Virus record (IMG/VR): IMGVR_UViG_3300028840_004348
Reading direction: 5' to 3' (one strand)
Length of the DNA: 34,639 nt
Source: a virus
The notes beneath the pieces were generated by a model. It made no database searches, had not been told where the DNA came from, and saw nothing but the letters and a program-made list of their open reading frames with translations. How positions within the stretch are numbered: position 1 is the first letter of the stretch; every line of letters starts with the position of its first letter. Positions 14,684 to 22,793 of this stretch are shown here, piece after piece. The translations under genes and the position numbers were made by a program.

Positions 14684-14874
14684 CAGCCGTTCTCCTTCTT
14701 CCGGATGATCTTGACGGGCGTCCACTGCGAACCGAAGTTCGAGCCGAGTCCGCTCTCCCACTGGACGCCGATCACGTCGCCGTGGGGGTAACGGCTCCAG
14801 GCACGCGGATCAACCACGATGCCCAAGACCCCCGTGTCAGTACGGATGACTTCTTCTCCTTTCTGGAACTCCAT
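14683..14874 (-). CDS. small hypothetical protein (63 aa)
   Basis: Track ORF 14683..15060 trimmed to ATG 14874, which forms a TGATG overlap with the 14874..15080 gene. The N-terminal extension in the track is Arg/Gly-rich and overlaps that gene in another frame. Confidence 0.35.
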   Translation of the reverse strand: MEFQKGEEVIRTDTGVLGIVVDPRAWSRYPHGDVIGVQWESGLGSNFGSQWTPVKIIRKKENG

Positions 14875-15080
14875 CAGTCGAGCCCCAACCGGTGCGCGAC
14901 CGCCTCGCACTCGTGACAAGTTATACCGTCCTTCAGCTGGCCGGCACGGTTGCGCTTGACACCTGCCAGCGTCGGACGACTGGGGTCCGCCGCCGATTCG
15001 CAGACGTGCTCCCAAAGGAGCGCGCTGAGAGGCTTCGCCCACTTGGGACGATTCTTCCACTTCGGAGCCTTCTTTGTCAT
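14874..15080 (-). CDS. small basic Cys/His protein
   Basis: Track ORF with an AGGAGGGCAATGAC SD. A conserved CTATATAG-type promoter motif lies upstream. Confidence 0.5.
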   Translation of the reverse strand: MTKKAPKWKNRPKWAKPLSALLWEHVCESAADPSRPTLAGVKRNRAGQLKDGITCHECEAVAHRLGLD

Positions 15081-15162
15081 GTCATTGCCCTCCTGTTGGT
15101 GTCATTCTTGATACTCTCTCTATATAGCACAGAGTCTACCCGATAAGCAAGCAAATTCTAGA

Positions 15163-15193
15163 TAAAAAAGGCCGATGCTCAAAAGCACCGGCC
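15163..15193 (-). terminator. rho-independent terminator (minus strand)
   Basis: A hairpin GGCCG(A)TGC-tcaaaa-GCA(C)CGGCC at 15170-15193 is followed on the minus strand by a U6 tract, which is the plus-strand A6 at 15164-15169. It sits immediately upstream of the promoter motif for the 14874..15080 gene. Confidence 0.5.
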
Positions 15194-15194
15194 T

Positions 15195-15500
15195 GGTTAG
15201 ATCTTCACATGTAGATCGCGGGCGCAACCCGCATGCCACCTCTAAGTATCCGGTACTTGAGTTAAGTACCGGATCGTGGCGCGGGCGTGTTGGTGCGCCA
15301 CAAAAACCCCTTTTTTCGACTCTGATCGGTGCCGGGAGCTAGCGGCTGTCAACCGTGAGTATTCCTGATTGACTCGAAGCGCCGGGGGAGGAGGCGGCGA
15401 TGTGATCTTCGAGACCAACCAAGCAAGGACACCGATCATCTTCTTTGGGTCTCCCTTTGACACCCTCTCTGTATAGCAGATAGTCCACCACGAAGTCAAG
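15195..15500 (-). other. promoter-to-terminator bounded unit of about 300 nt with strong hairpins: candidate structured sRNA, or a 65-aa ORF (15242..15439)
   Basis: It is bounded by TTGACT-18-TATACA (about 15465-15499) and the terminator at 15163-15193. It contains a perfect 11-bp-stem hairpin at 15248-15274 and a 7-bp GC hairpin at 15276-15301, followed by AAAAACCCCTTTTTT. The track ORF (MIGVLAWLVSKITSPPPPP...) has a weak SD and spans the palindromes. Confidence 0.3.
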
Positions 15501-15523
15501 CTAATCCGAAAAAAGAGAAGCTG

Positions 15524-15823
15524 CTACAGAGTCTCATCAACGACGTTGCCCAAGGTATCCAGGGCAATGTCCTTGATGAGTTCCTGAAGCTCTCGGAAAC
15601 GAGGATGAGAAGTGAACCGTTCCTCGGCTCGGGCCAAGGTAATGCCTCCTCTCGGAAGCTTGTTCCAGTCGACGTGGCTGAAGACCGAGGCAGCCTGCGC
15701 GGCAGCTTGCGGAAGCCCCCATTCAAGATCTGTCAAGACATCGTCCCAGTCGACCTCGAATCCTTCGCGCTCGATGCGCTCCTTCTCTTCCTGATAGCCG
15801 CCACCGAACGGATCACTCGACAT
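15524..15823 (-). CDS. hypothetical acidic protein
   Basis: Track ORF with a GGAGGAG SD. Confidence 0.5.
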   Translation of the reverse strand: MSSDPFGGGYQEEKERIEREGFEVDWDDVLTDLEWGLPQAAAQAASVFSHVDWNKLPRGGITLARAEERFTSHPRFRELQELIKDIALDTLGNVVDETL

Positions 15824-16367
15824 CGGGCTCCTCCATCACTTCATGGGGCTCTTCGTCAATGCGATGCATCTCGAACTCGACGCCGGCCTCGTTGCAGACT
15901 TCTTCGAAACCTTCGATCACCTTGTCAGTGTCCTCCCAGATCTCCACCCGTGTCGGCTGATGTTCCTCGATGAGTTGACGGAGCATCTCGGGCTTCCAGA
16001 CTTCTGAGCGAGAGCCCTCCGGGGCGAGCCGGATCTCATCGAAGTCGAGATCTTGTTGATCGAGCAGCTCGTTGATCCGATCTTCGAACTTCTCGAAGCG
16101 ACCAGTCACGAGCACGAACGCCGCGTCAGCTGCTTGCTCCGACTCGTGAGCGTCTCGAAGAACCTTTTGCACCCACCAGTCGGTCGTGGGCTCCTCGGGC
16201 ACCTGAGGCTCCTCCAGGCTCTTCTCGTTGGACCACCATCCTCGCTCGGGCCACCCTTTCGGTTTCTCGGGACTACGGAACAGAGTGCCGTCGAAGTCGT
16301 ACAGATGAAGCACCTTTGCTCCCGCGAGGCGGCGGAGTCCTTGCTTGGTAATGCCGAGAACGATCAT
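15813..16367 (-). CDS. HAD-superfamily phosphatase (T4 Pnkp-phosphatase-like / nucleotidase-like)
   Basis: Track ORF. It carries HAD motif I, LHLYDFDGTLF (the DxDGT signature), and a motif II-like FVLVTGR. It has no SD. Its ATG lies 7 nt after a TAGAAT hexamer, so it may be leaderless. Confidence 0.55.
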   Translation of the reverse strand: MIVLGITKQGLRRLAGAKVLHLYDFDGTLFRSPEKPKGWPERGWWSNEKSLEEPQVPEEPTTDWWVQKVLRDAHESEQAADAAFVLVTGRFEKFEDRINELLDQQDLDFDEIRLAPEGSRSEVWKPEMLRQLIEEHQPTRVEIWEDTDKVIEGFEEVCNEAGVEFEMHRIDEEPHEVMEEPDVE

Positions 16368-16407
16368 CCCGTTAATTCTACTCGATGTTCATTGGGTGCT
16401 ATAAAAA

Positions 16408-16728
16408 TCAACCGCCTTCGACCAAGGGAGGAGCTTCGTCCGCCTCGGGTTCGGCAACCGGACCAGCCACTTCCATCGCCTCGCCAGGAATGATACGGGC
16501 GACGTCTCCTTTCCCGACGACCGGTGTCACCTCGGTCGTAGCCAAAGTCGACTGAAGTTCGGTCAGGACCTTCTCCTCGACGAGATCGTCCACTGTCTTG
16601 CCGGCATCCTGAGCCGCCTGAAGATCGGCTGGGGTCAACTCGATGTTGAAGTCGACCTCCACGTCCCGTTGATCGGTCTTGACCGTCTCGCCCGACTCGT
16701 TCTTGTAGACGATGTTTACCTTGATCAT
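16408..16728 (-). CDS. hypothetical acidic protein
   Basis: Track ORF 16408..16797 trimmed to ATG 16728 (MIKVNIVYK...), which has a GAGGAGGA SD. Confidence 0.45.
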   Translation of the reverse strand: MIKVNIVYKNESGETVKTDQRDVEVDFNIELTPADLQAAQDAGKTVDDLVEEKVLTELQSTLATTEVTPVVGKGDVARIIPGEAMEVAGPVAEPEADEAPPLVEGG

Positions 16729-16729
16729 C

Positions 16730-17104
16730 TCATCCTCCTCGCGAGAGCGCGACTTTCCCCACCTTTTCCTGCATCTCCACCAAGGAAACAAGACCATCCC
16801 GCATGGTCTCGTGCATCTCCATCACCATCTGGGTGGCGTTGAGCTGAACTTGGTTGAAGACACGTTCGGCGGTCCGACAGGCCGCACAGCGAACTCCGAA
16901 GGCGTACCTGCCGATGTTCTTCTTCTTCAACTGGCTGGTCTCGAACAACAGGCACGATGCTTCGTTTTCTTCGGAGCCTCGCGATCTGTACCATTCGCAA
17001 GGTCTCAGACCTTGAACAGCTTCTCCGTCCACGATCCGGTGGCTTCTCGTGATGCAGCTTCGAGGTCCGCACTCGATAGAGAGCACCGGCATGATCTTCG
17101 TCAT
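16730..17104 (-). CDS. hypothetical Cys-rich (zinc-finger-like) protein
   Basis: Track ORF 16730..17212 trimmed to the ATG at 17104, which forms an ATGA overlap with the upstream stop. Confidence 0.4.
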   Translation of the reverse strand: MTKIMPVLSIECGPRSCITRSHRIVDGEAVQGLRPCEWYRSRGSEENEASCLLFETSQLKKKNIGRYAFGVRCAACRTAERVFNQVQLNATQMVMEMHETMRDGLVSLVEMQEKVGKVALSRGG

Positions 17105-17220
17105 CTCGACTTGTCCTTCTTCTTGCGCTCGACGTGACCGATGTATCGTTCTGCGAGAATACCCATCACGAACCCCACGAGACCCGCAATGATCCACCCC
17201 GAGATAGTCCATTCCAGCAT
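17101..17220 (-). CDS. very small single-TM protein (39 aa)
   Basis: Track ORF 17101..17376 trimmed to ATG 17220 (MLEWTISGWIIAGLVGFVMGILAERYIGH...). The N-terminal extension in the track is Arg/Ser-rich, low-complexity sequence. Confidence 0.3.
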   Translation of the reverse strand: MLEWTISGWIIAGLVGFVMGILAERYIGHVERKKKDKSR

Positions 17221-17308
17221 CGTTTCGACTCCAGTCCCAACATCCCCATACAGTATAAACGGTAGGTGTTTGGTAACTGTGAAGTGCCGATATTTTTCAT
17301 GGCGATGC

Positions 17309-17491
17309 TTACGGGAGGTACTGCTCGTAGATCTCCTCGATCTTCTGGATCTGAACTTCCGTGAACTCCCGACCATCGTCCACCAGCTCGGTCATGGACT
17401 GGACGAAGTCGATCTCCCAGCTCGTGTAATCCATCCCGTCCGTCTCGTCGATGTGCTCTTGCAGCTCGGTGACCATGTCCTCGGGGTCCAT
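17309..17491 (-). CDS. small acidic hypothetical protein
   Basis: Track ORF 17309..17536 trimmed to the internal ATG at 17491, which shares 1 nt with the upstream stop. Confidence 0.4.
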   Translation of the reverse strand: MDPEDMVTELQEHIDETDGMDYTSWEIDFVQSMTELVDDGREFTEVQIQKIEEIYEQYLP

Positions 17492-17826
17492 CAGACGTTC
17501 TCCACCGGGACTGTGATGTTGTGGTCCCACAAGCATTTTTCCAGGACATGAACACGACGCTGGAGTCGCCGAATGATCTCGAACCCAGGCTGGTGCACCA
17601 GCTCGCCGGTCGAGCCGGGGAACAGCGCGCCCTTCAAGAACTCCCTGAGAGCTGCAACGATCGCCACGTCGCTCTCGGCCTGGCGTCCGTGGATGTAGAT
17701 ATCGCCGTTGGGCTCCAGGCGCAGGATCTGGAGATCCTTGCCGTCCGGAGTGGTGCAGTGAAAACAGATGTTTCCATCCAAGTCCTCGGTATGTTCTCGA
17801 ATCGTGACACTCTCGTCGCCGCTCAT
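17491..17826 (-). CDS. hypothetical protein
   Basis: Track ORF with an AAGGAGG SD. Confidence 0.5.
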   Translation of the reverse strand: MSGDESVTIREHTEDLDGNICFHCTTPDGKDLQILRLEPNGDIYIHGRQAESDVAIVAALREFLKGALFPGSTGELVHQPGFEIIRRLQRRVHVLEKCLWDHNITVPVENV

Positions 17827-17836
17827 GCTCGCCTCC

Positions 17837-18133
17837 TTACCTCAAGTGAAAACCGAGCGACATTGCCTGCGCCCGGAGTCGTTGCATCTCGTCGACCAGC
17901 TTGATCTTCGCCTGGTCGAGCGCCGTCTCCCTGCTGAGCCAGTAATCATTGCAAGAGACGTGGTGCTCGATCCAGTTGGAGGTGTCGACATCATAGGTCC
18001 TCCCGATCACCGTCTCGTGGGTCGTGCCGGGGTAAATGACCTCTTGCGCCTCCACCCGGAAAAGCTTCGCACTCCTCTCATCGAGGTTCACGTAGAAGAC
18101 GTGGTCGCCCTTCTGTACTTTTCCCGGCTCCAT
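17837..18133 (-). CDS. hypothetical protein
   Basis: Track ORF 17837..18343 trimmed to ATG 18133 (MEPGKVQKGDHVFYVNL...). The N-terminal extension overlaps the upstream gene by 211 nt and is Gly/Arg-rich. Confidence 0.45.
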   Translation of the reverse strand: MEPGKVQKGDHVFYVNLDERSAKLFRVEAQEVIYPGTTHETVIGRTYDVDTSNWIEHHVSCNDYWLSRETALDQAKIKLVDEMQRLRAQAMSLGFHLR

Positions 18134-18375
18134 CAGTGAAGCGTTCCGTCGCCCTGGATACCGCCTGAAAACGGCACCGGAGGGCCATTCTTGGACGGCA
18201 TGTCGGTGACTGTCCAGATCAGCAGCCCCTGCTGCGTGTCGACATTGATGTTGACCGCAGCCACAACCCCGACCGTTTCGCCCTCGACCTTCTTGATATA
18301 GTCGGCGAATGCTTCGGAAGCCTGCTGAGCAGTGAACGCCCATTGCCGAAGATTCGCCCGTTTTATCTTGCTCAT
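18133..18375 (-). CDS. hypothetical protein
   Basis: Track ORF 18133..18390 trimmed to the ATG at 18375, which forms an ATGA overlap. Confidence 0.4.
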   Translation of the reverse strand: MSKIKRANLRQWAFTAQQASEAFADYIKKVEGETVGVVAAVNINVDTQQGLLIWTVTDMPSKNGPPVPFSGGIQGDGTLH

Positions 18376-18533
18376 GTTCCTTCCCCGCACTCGATGACCA
18401 CCTTCTCTCCCTCCAATCTTACTCGTTCGATCTCGTAATACTGCCGTCCGATGGCAACGACGACCTCCTGATCCAGCTGCCCCTCCAGCTCCACGAGCAG
18501 GTCACACACCCGGTCGAGGCGCTCCTTATCCAT
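18372..18533 (-). CDS. small hypothetical protein (53 aa)
   Basis: Track ORF 18372..18632 trimmed to ATG 18533, which has a GGGAGG SD 6 nt upstream. Confidence 0.4.
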   Translation of the reverse strand: MDKERLDRVCDLLVELEGQLDQEVVVAIGRQYYEIERVRLEGEKVVIECGEGT

Positions 18534-18846
18534 CGACATCCTCCCAGTCGATGTCGTTGACGCAGCCGATCTCCCACGGAGCGATATCGAGATCGACCCC
18601 GTTGAAATAGACCGTATCAACCTCGCCATCACCGTTCAGATAGAGCGTGGTATCGATCTTTCGGATACCCCAGAAGTAAGAGGCCGTGATGAGGTACTGG
18701 AAGTCGAAAGAGGATTCAGGCTGCTCCATCGCCATCTGCGCCACAGCGCCCAAGCACGCGGACTCGACCGTGTAGAAGTTCGGCAAGATGAACACACCGT
18801 CCAAAAGATCGACCATCCGTGTCGGACCTTTGTTCGTCGGGAACAT
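18526..18846 (-). CDS. hypothetical protein
   Basis: Track ORF 18526..18981 trimmed to ATG 18846. That ATG lies 6 nt after TATATT within CCTGTATATT. It has no SD and is probably leaderless. Confidence 0.45.
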   Translation of the reverse strand: MFPTNKGPTRMVDLLDGVFILPNFYTVESACLGAVAQMAMEQPESSFDFQYLITASYFWGIRKIDTTLYLNGDGEVDTVYFNGVDLDIAPWEIGCVNDIDWEDVDG

Positions 18847-18878
18847 GCTCTGAATATACAGGAAGCGGATCGAGAAGC

Positions 18879-19229
18879 CTAGTTCTTCACCAACCTGAGA
18901 TGAGGTTTGGACTCGGGCCACTCCTTCGGAGGGGAAACAGGAGGCGGAGGGAGTGGAAACGACCACCACCAGCCGTCCCAATCCTTGTTGGGCTGAACTT
19001 CACCGGTCGCAGGATCGTGAGTTAACGTCACGTAGCCGGCGATGTTGCCGAACTTGTCGGCAACGAGGTAGCGCCCGATGCGTTTGGGGCGCTCTTGGCT
19101 CCAATGCCCGTTGAGATATCCAGTCCACGAGCAGGTGACGCCGTCCTGATACTGCTCGTCATCTTTCTCACGGACAACCTTGATGGGATCTTTGGGAACT
19201 GGGGCGTTCATCTCGTTTGGATTCTTCAT
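18879..19229 (-). CDS. hypothetical Trp/Pro-rich protein
   Basis: Track ORF with no SD. Its ATG lies 8 nt after the ATATTT -10 of a TTGACA-17-ATATTT promoter, so it is probably leaderless. Confidence 0.5.
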   Translation of the reverse strand: MKNPNEMNAPVPKDPIKVVREKDDEQYQDGVTCSWTGYLNGHWSQERPKRIGRYLVADKFGNIAGYVTLTHDPATGEVQPNKDWDGWWWSFPLPPPPVSPPKEWPESKPHLRLVKN

Positions 19230-19237
19230 AACCTGAT

Positions 19238-19266
19238 AAATATCATAGAATGAGGGAGGCTGTCAA
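19238..19266 (-). promoter_or_regulatory. sigma70-like promoter TTGACA-17-ATATTT, 8 nt upstream of a leaderless ATG
   Basis: Minus strand reads TTTCTATATTGACAGCCTCCCTCATTCTATGATATTTATCAGGTTATG. Confidence 0.45.
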
Positions 19267-19285
19267 TATAGAAAGAGTACTAGAG

Positions 19286-20011
19286 CTACTTTTTCAGCCG
19301 TCTCGCGATGCGTTCCAACTGGCCGTCCCCGAGACCTTTCTTGTACCGACCTTGGCGGTCGAACTCCAGGTTTTCGTCCTCTTCCTCCTCCAGCCATCCG
19401 AGCGCCTTGAGGGCTTCCCCGATCTGCTCTTCGGAGGGATAGGAGCCGCCGGTATCGGTCCGATAATCCAGCGCATCCTGGTTGTTCTCCCACAGCCAGC
19501 CGAAGACCTTCTCCTCCCAGTCGTCCGGGGCTGTGTCGGAGACCATTGGGGCTTCCATTCGGATGTTCTCCAAGGTCTCCTCGTATTCACGCCGGCTGAC
19601 GTCTTCATCACTCAGTACGGGGTAGTCCATGAGCGCGCCGGCCAGCTCCTCCAGTTTCTGGCCAACATCCGTCAGCTCGCCGCTCGGCTCCAGGACGCGG
19701 ACCGCGTACTCGCCGTTGTCGAGACGAACGAAGTCCTCGCTGGTGGGATCGATGCTGTTCAGCGTCTCGATGACCATCTCCATGTTCGACTCGTCCCGGT
19801 GGGACATCATGTCCTTGTAGCCCTGAATGGTGGCCCACTGGTCGGCCTCGTCCCCTTCGAGACCGAGGTAATGGAAGATCGAGACCGGGCTCGTCTCCGG
19901 CGCGTAGTAGAGGCCGGCATCGCTGAGCAGTCCCCGGAACTCCATGATCTTAGGTTGAAGATCGCCTCGGTAGGTCTGCCGGTCATCGTCTTCCCAAATG
20001 TATCGAGGCAT
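19286..20011 (-). CDS. hypothetical acidic protein
   Basis: Track ORF whose start overlaps the stop of the upstream gene. Confidence 0.5.
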   Translation of the reverse strand: MPRYIWEDDDRQTYRGDLQPKIMEFRGLLSDAGLYYAPETSPVSIFHYLGLEGDEADQWATIQGYKDMMSHRDESNMEMVIETLNSIDPTSEDFVRLDNGEYAVRVLEPSGELTDVGQKLEELAGALMDYPVLSDEDVSRREYEETLENIRMEAPMVSDTAPDDWEEKVFGWLWENNQDALDYRTDTGGSYPSEEQIGEALKALGWLEEEEDENLEFDRQGRYKKGLGDGQLERIARRLKK

Positions 20012-21036
20012 CAGATTATCCCCTTCTTCCTTGCCTCGGACAATACACGTTCGCCGAGGTCTCTCGGGTACAGCTCCCCGATGTTGAGGATCACGTCGAT
20101 GGTGGAGTAGCCGCCATCCACCAGCGCCCGGATGTCGTTCATGACATCCGTGTAGCCGCTCTCCCCGATCCGCAGCATGTCTTCCTCGCTGTCCCAGCCT
20201 GGTCCGTTCTCCAGCGGAGAACCCGATTGGCGATAGGGCTCCAGCTCGCCGATGTCCATCCGAAGCGCCCCTTCGTGCAGGTAGGGACGCAAGGGCCTCT
20301 CCTTGCGAGGAGGTTTATCATCGGGGTCGACCGGCCCGGACGGGCGCGGAGCGCTCGTCTGCGTGTCCTGAGAGTGCGTGAGCGGGTCGTAGCGGGGAGT
20401 TCTGGGTCCTCCGCTGCCTGGTGACCACTCCGGCGTCTCCGGCTCCTGAGGGCCGAAATGAGCGAAGTCAGGGGCACGTACCTGCTTGGTGGTCGGATCC
20501 GGAGGATCGGAGAAGCTCGGGTTGTCCTCGTCGACATAGCCGGCGATGATGCGAGAGCCCCCGTGAGCCTTGATGGCCTTCTCCTGCTGGAGAGCGTCTT
20601 CCTTGGTCTCGTGCCGTCCCAGCAGCTTGGAGCCGTCGCTCGTATAGAGCCCCCACTCCTTCCCGCTGCCGTCCTTGTCCTCTTCCCGCAGCTTCTTGAT
20701 CACGGCAGTCGTCGCCAGCCCCGTGGCCGGCTGGAGTGAGTAGTTCATCTCCAGCTCGGCGCTGTCCAGGGTCTCAACCCCTTCCGGAACAGCGGCTCCG
20801 GCTTGATCCGCAGGCATCAGGACCGTGTTGGTGGTGTCCGGGGCGTTCTCCACGACGAGGTACTCGTTGCCCTCCGGGCCGTACACCGACTGTCCTACCT
20901 GGAGCTGGCTCGGATCGAACGGCTGCTCTGTCTGGGAGTAGCGGCGCACCAGCTCGTGGAAGATGACTTCCGACCTCACCCGTCTCCTCCTGGTCGCTGC
21001 TCGCGACGGTTTCGCCATGAGTTCCATCTCCGCCAT
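20011..21036 (-). CDS. hypothetical protein (Pro/Gly-rich central region)
   Basis: Track ORF with no obvious SD. The choice among the M1, M4 and M7 starts is uncertain. Confidence 0.45.
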   Translation of the reverse strand: MAEMELMAKPSRAATRRRRVRSEVIFHELVRRYSQTEQPFDPSQLQVGQSVYGPEGNEYLVVENAPDTTNTVLMPADQAGAAVPEGVETLDSAELEMNYSLQPATGLATTAVIKKLREEDKDGSGKEWGLYTSDGSKLLGRHETKEDALQQEKAIKAHGGSRIIAGYVDEDNPSFSDPPDPTTKQVRAPDFAHFGPQEPETPEWSPGSGGPRTPRYDPLTHSQDTQTSAPRPSGPVDPDDKPPRKERPLRPYLHEGALRMDIGELEPYRQSGSPLENGPGWDSEEDMLRIGESGYTDVMNDIRALVDGGYSTIDVILNIGELYPRDLGERVLSEARKKGII

Positions 21037-21085
21037 TGTATGGCAGAAATCGTGGGAACTCTTAAATTCGCGTCATCCCTTTTGC

Positions 21086-21880
21086 TCAGATTTCATCGGT
21101 CTCCGCTCCGAGCCATTTAGCCACCCGAGTGATGTGCCGGTCGTACTTGAAAGACCTCGTGGATCGCGGATTTGACGTGGGCCAGAGTCTCCAAGGACGG
21201 GGGTGAGGCTTGCGGTCCCCGTTCAGCCCCACTGGGTTATTTACACTCCGCTTGGCCATTTCCTTCGCTGCCCAAATCATTCCGGGATCAAGCGAGAGAA
21301 TCTGATCCAGGAGCTGCCGGCTGATGTCTCCCTTGCGGCGCACCTGAAGCGGGCCGAAGTCGGCCTTGATGCGGGTGCGCTGGAACTGTTTCGAGGAGAT
21401 GATCTTGTAGATGGTCTCCCGATCGTAGGTGAGCTGGAGGTTCTTTACGAGCCCCTCGCTGACCGCCCACTCCCTGGTTTGAAGGTCGATGGCGCAGACG
21501 TTGAAGCCGCTCTCGTTGTGGGCCACCGCCAGGACGCCCCACGGGTTCAGCTCGACGCCATGCTCTGCTTCGGCCTCATCGATGGACTTCAAGACCCAGG
21601 TCGCCCATTCGGACGCACGCTGCCGCCGCTTGGCATCGGTTTTGACGCGCTTGCCACACTCGTACCAGTACGGTTTTCGATCGCCATTCTTCTGCTTGAT
21701 GCTCCGCGACTTCAAGACCGCCTGCACGAACCGGTCGTGCAAGCTCTCCTGTTTTGCTTCGGCCACGTCCGATCCCGCATCGATTGGCTGCGCCTCCAAC
21801 GGGAGTCCCGCTTCATCGCCGAAAGCCCCGGTAACGACGAGCAGCGCCGCGAAGATGATGGCCAGAACTACATGTCTCAT
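21086..21880 (-). CDS. secreted lytic transglycosylase (SLT-domain) - candidate endolysin or peptidoglycan hydrolase
   Basis: Track ORF with a GGAGGA SD. It has an N-terminal signal peptide, MRHVVLAIIFAALLVVTGAFG. The catalytic-type motif VAHNESGFNVCAID is present. A CTATATAAG-type promoter motif lies upstream. Confidence 0.6.
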   Translation of the reverse strand: MRHVVLAIIFAALLVVTGAFGDEAGLPLEAQPIDAGSDVAEAKQESLHDRFVQAVLKSRSIKQKNGDRKPYWYECGKRVKTDAKRRQRASEWATWVLKSIDEAEAEHGVELNPWGVLAVAHNESGFNVCAIDLQTREWAVSEGLVKNLQLTYDRETIYKIISSKQFQRTRIKADFGPLQVRRKGDISRQLLDQILSLDPGMIWAAKEMAKRSVNNPVGLNGDRKPHPRPWRLWPTSNPRSTRSFKYDRHITRVAKWLGAETDEI

Positions 21881-21976
21881 GCTGGTCCTCCGTTCAGCGA
21901 AATGTATTAATCCTACAAGATGCGAAGTCGGAATCCTTCAATCCGGATCACATCTATATAAGAAGAGTCCACCGGA

Positions 21977-22645
21977 TCAGATGCCGAAAGCATCCAGCTG
22001 GTCCTTCTTGCTGTTGTCGATCCAGTAGAACCGAGTGAAGCCTTTCCCGTCGTACTGCCGTCGCAGCGCGCGGTCGAGAACTTCTCCGACCCAGTAGAAC
22101 AGACAGTAGTCGGTGTAATCGGTACCCTTCCCGTCGAAGGAGAACCTCCGAACGAATTCGCCGATCTCGATGGGTGGACGCTCTCGGAACAGGCGCATCC
22201 GTTTGATCGAGCCGGCGAAACCCACGCGCAGCAGGAAGACTGCCACCCCGGTCGGATGCAGAATGCTCAAGGACTTCCGAACGAACTCCTCGGCCAGAGA
22301 GTACGGCGGGTTCGTAGCGATGATGTCCCATCCTCCGTGCTCACGGACTTCAGAAGGAGTGTACTGCTCCCAGGGGGCCGTCAAGAAGTCCGTCCGATAT
22401 CGGCGCTGCGGTTCCTCGGTGACTACCGACCAGTCGTCGATGATGTCGATACCTACCATCTCGCCGTCGTAGCCGATGTCGGCAGCCGACTTGATAAAGG
22501 GGTAGGTGAGGCCGCATCCGGGTTCGAGGATGTGGAGCTTGTTCTCGTAGGGATGGAAGTCAGTGGCCCGCAAGAAGGCCCACTGCGCGTAGCGATACGG
22601 GGTCGGATAGAAGTCCCGTCCGCCCCCAGATGGATTTCTAGGCAT
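21977..22645 (-). CDS. DNA methyltransferase (N6-adenine / N4-cytosine class)
   Basis: Track ORF 21977..22780 trimmed to ATG 22645, which has an AGGAGGAAACG SD and a CCCGTATATT promoter upstream. Motifs present are DFYPTP, the SAM-binding ILEPGCG, and the catalytic IIATNPPY. Confidence 0.65.
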   Translation of the reverse strand: MPRNPSGGGRDFYPTPYRYAQWAFLRATDFHPYENKLHILEPGCGLTYPFIKSAADIGYDGEMVGIDIIDDWSVVTEEPQRRYRTDFLTAPWEQYTPSEVREHGGWDIIATNPPYSLAEEFVRKSLSILHPTGVAVFLLRVGFAGSIKRMRLFRERPPIEIGEFVRRFSFDGKGTDYTDYCLFYWVGEVLDRALRRQYDGKGFTRFYWIDNSKKDQLDAFGI

Positions 22646-22793
22646 CGTTTCCTCCTGCACGCAATATACGGGATTGAAGATCGTTGACCCTGAAGAGAAG
22701 CTCACCGGACGGAGGGCAATCCGCATCCCAACTTCGGGTGACAAGTCCGAAGTTGGTGGTGAACCTCTCTTCGGGATCAACGATCCCGAGAGA

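Noticed and set aside
15276-15316. Plus-strand terminator (GC hairpin followed by AAAAACCCCTTTTTT)
   Set aside because: There are no plus-strand genes nearby. The structure more likely belongs to the minus-strand sRNA-like unit.
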